From Chloroflexota bacterium (GTDB lineage Bacteria; Chloroflexota; Limnocylindria; P2-11E): a DNA stretch of 36,764 bases. The notes beneath the pieces are model-generated. The model worked only from the letters and a program-made list of their open reading frames with translations. It was not told where the DNA came from and searched no databases. The translations under genes were made by a program, and so were the position numbers. Shown one piece after another: positions 36,428-36,764 of the stretch. Numbering within the stretch: position 1 is the stretch's first letter; each line of letters begins with the position of its first letter. The DNA lies in the NCBI GenBank assembly GCA_031394155.1, contig JANMWW010000307.1, forward strand, positions 1 to 36,764. Direction: 5' to 3'.

Positions 36428-36764
36428 CTAGAAGGGCCCGGCGAGCTCCGGCGGCGCAAAGAGGTAGCACGGCGACTGCCACCACTGGTCGACGGCTTCG
36501 CCACGCACCTGCTTGAGGAGTGCGGCGATCGTGTCCGGCGGCTGACCGCCCGCGGCCGCGAGGACGACGATCTTTCCGGCGCGGAGCGCGGCTCCATACC
36601 GCTTGCGGATCTCCTTCGGTAGTCCGCGTCCCGGCGTGACCTTCGCGAGGAGCTTCGCCAGCATGATCCGGATCCCGCCCCATTTCTTGAACGGGACCCA
36701 CGCGCGATCACCCGCGATCAGCGCAGCGCGCTCGGGGTCCGCCGCGATGACCGAGATGTCCTGC
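36428..36764 (-). CDS. 5'-partial hypothetical protein, possibly general-stress (YflT-like) fold
   Basis: Frame is open to the window edge: QDISVIAAD...GLPKEIRKRYGAALRAGKIVV. Confidence 0.6.
   Translation of the reverse strand, partial: QDISVIAADPERAALIAGDRAWVPFKKWGGIRIMLAKLLAKVTPGRGLPKEIRKRYGAALRAGKIVVLAAAGGQPPDTIAALLKQVRGEAVDQWWQSPCYLFAPPELAGPF

Noticed and set aside
1-36764. Defence island, prophage, tRNA/rRNA or autonomous mobile element
   Set aside because: No recognisable nuclease, integrase, transposase, phage or RNA-gene signature; the STAND ATPase is of the signalling type.

Overview
High-GC bacterial chromosomal segment with about 40 densely packed CDS. The gene repertoire suggests a soil Chloroflexota- or Actinobacteria-like lineage (inference only). 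No rRNA, tRNA, CRISPR array, transposase or integrase was recognised. The window holds a STAND-type ATPase/TPR protein (partial, frameshifted near its end), a secreted Cys/GxY protein, a phytoene-desaturase-like oxidoreductase and an S9 peptidase fused to a degenerate MBL-fold domain. It also holds a rhodanese-MoeB fusion, a BldN-like ECF sigma flanked by two lipoprotein proteases, kbl-tdh, an SRPBCC/GT4 operon, a second ECF/anti-sigma/ABC/VIT1/HtpX cluster and a MacB-type ABC transporter. The most unusual signals are: (1) a small GA-rich hairpin element with a GAGCGAAGCGA core, inserted in-frame inside kbl and the S9 peptidase, with relatives in intergenic DNA; (2) short duplications of gene 3' ends between convergent genes; (3) two back-to-back genes that appear collapsed by internal deletion; (4) an S41 protease with Cys in place of the catalytic Lys; (5) pervasive leaderless-type -10 boxes.
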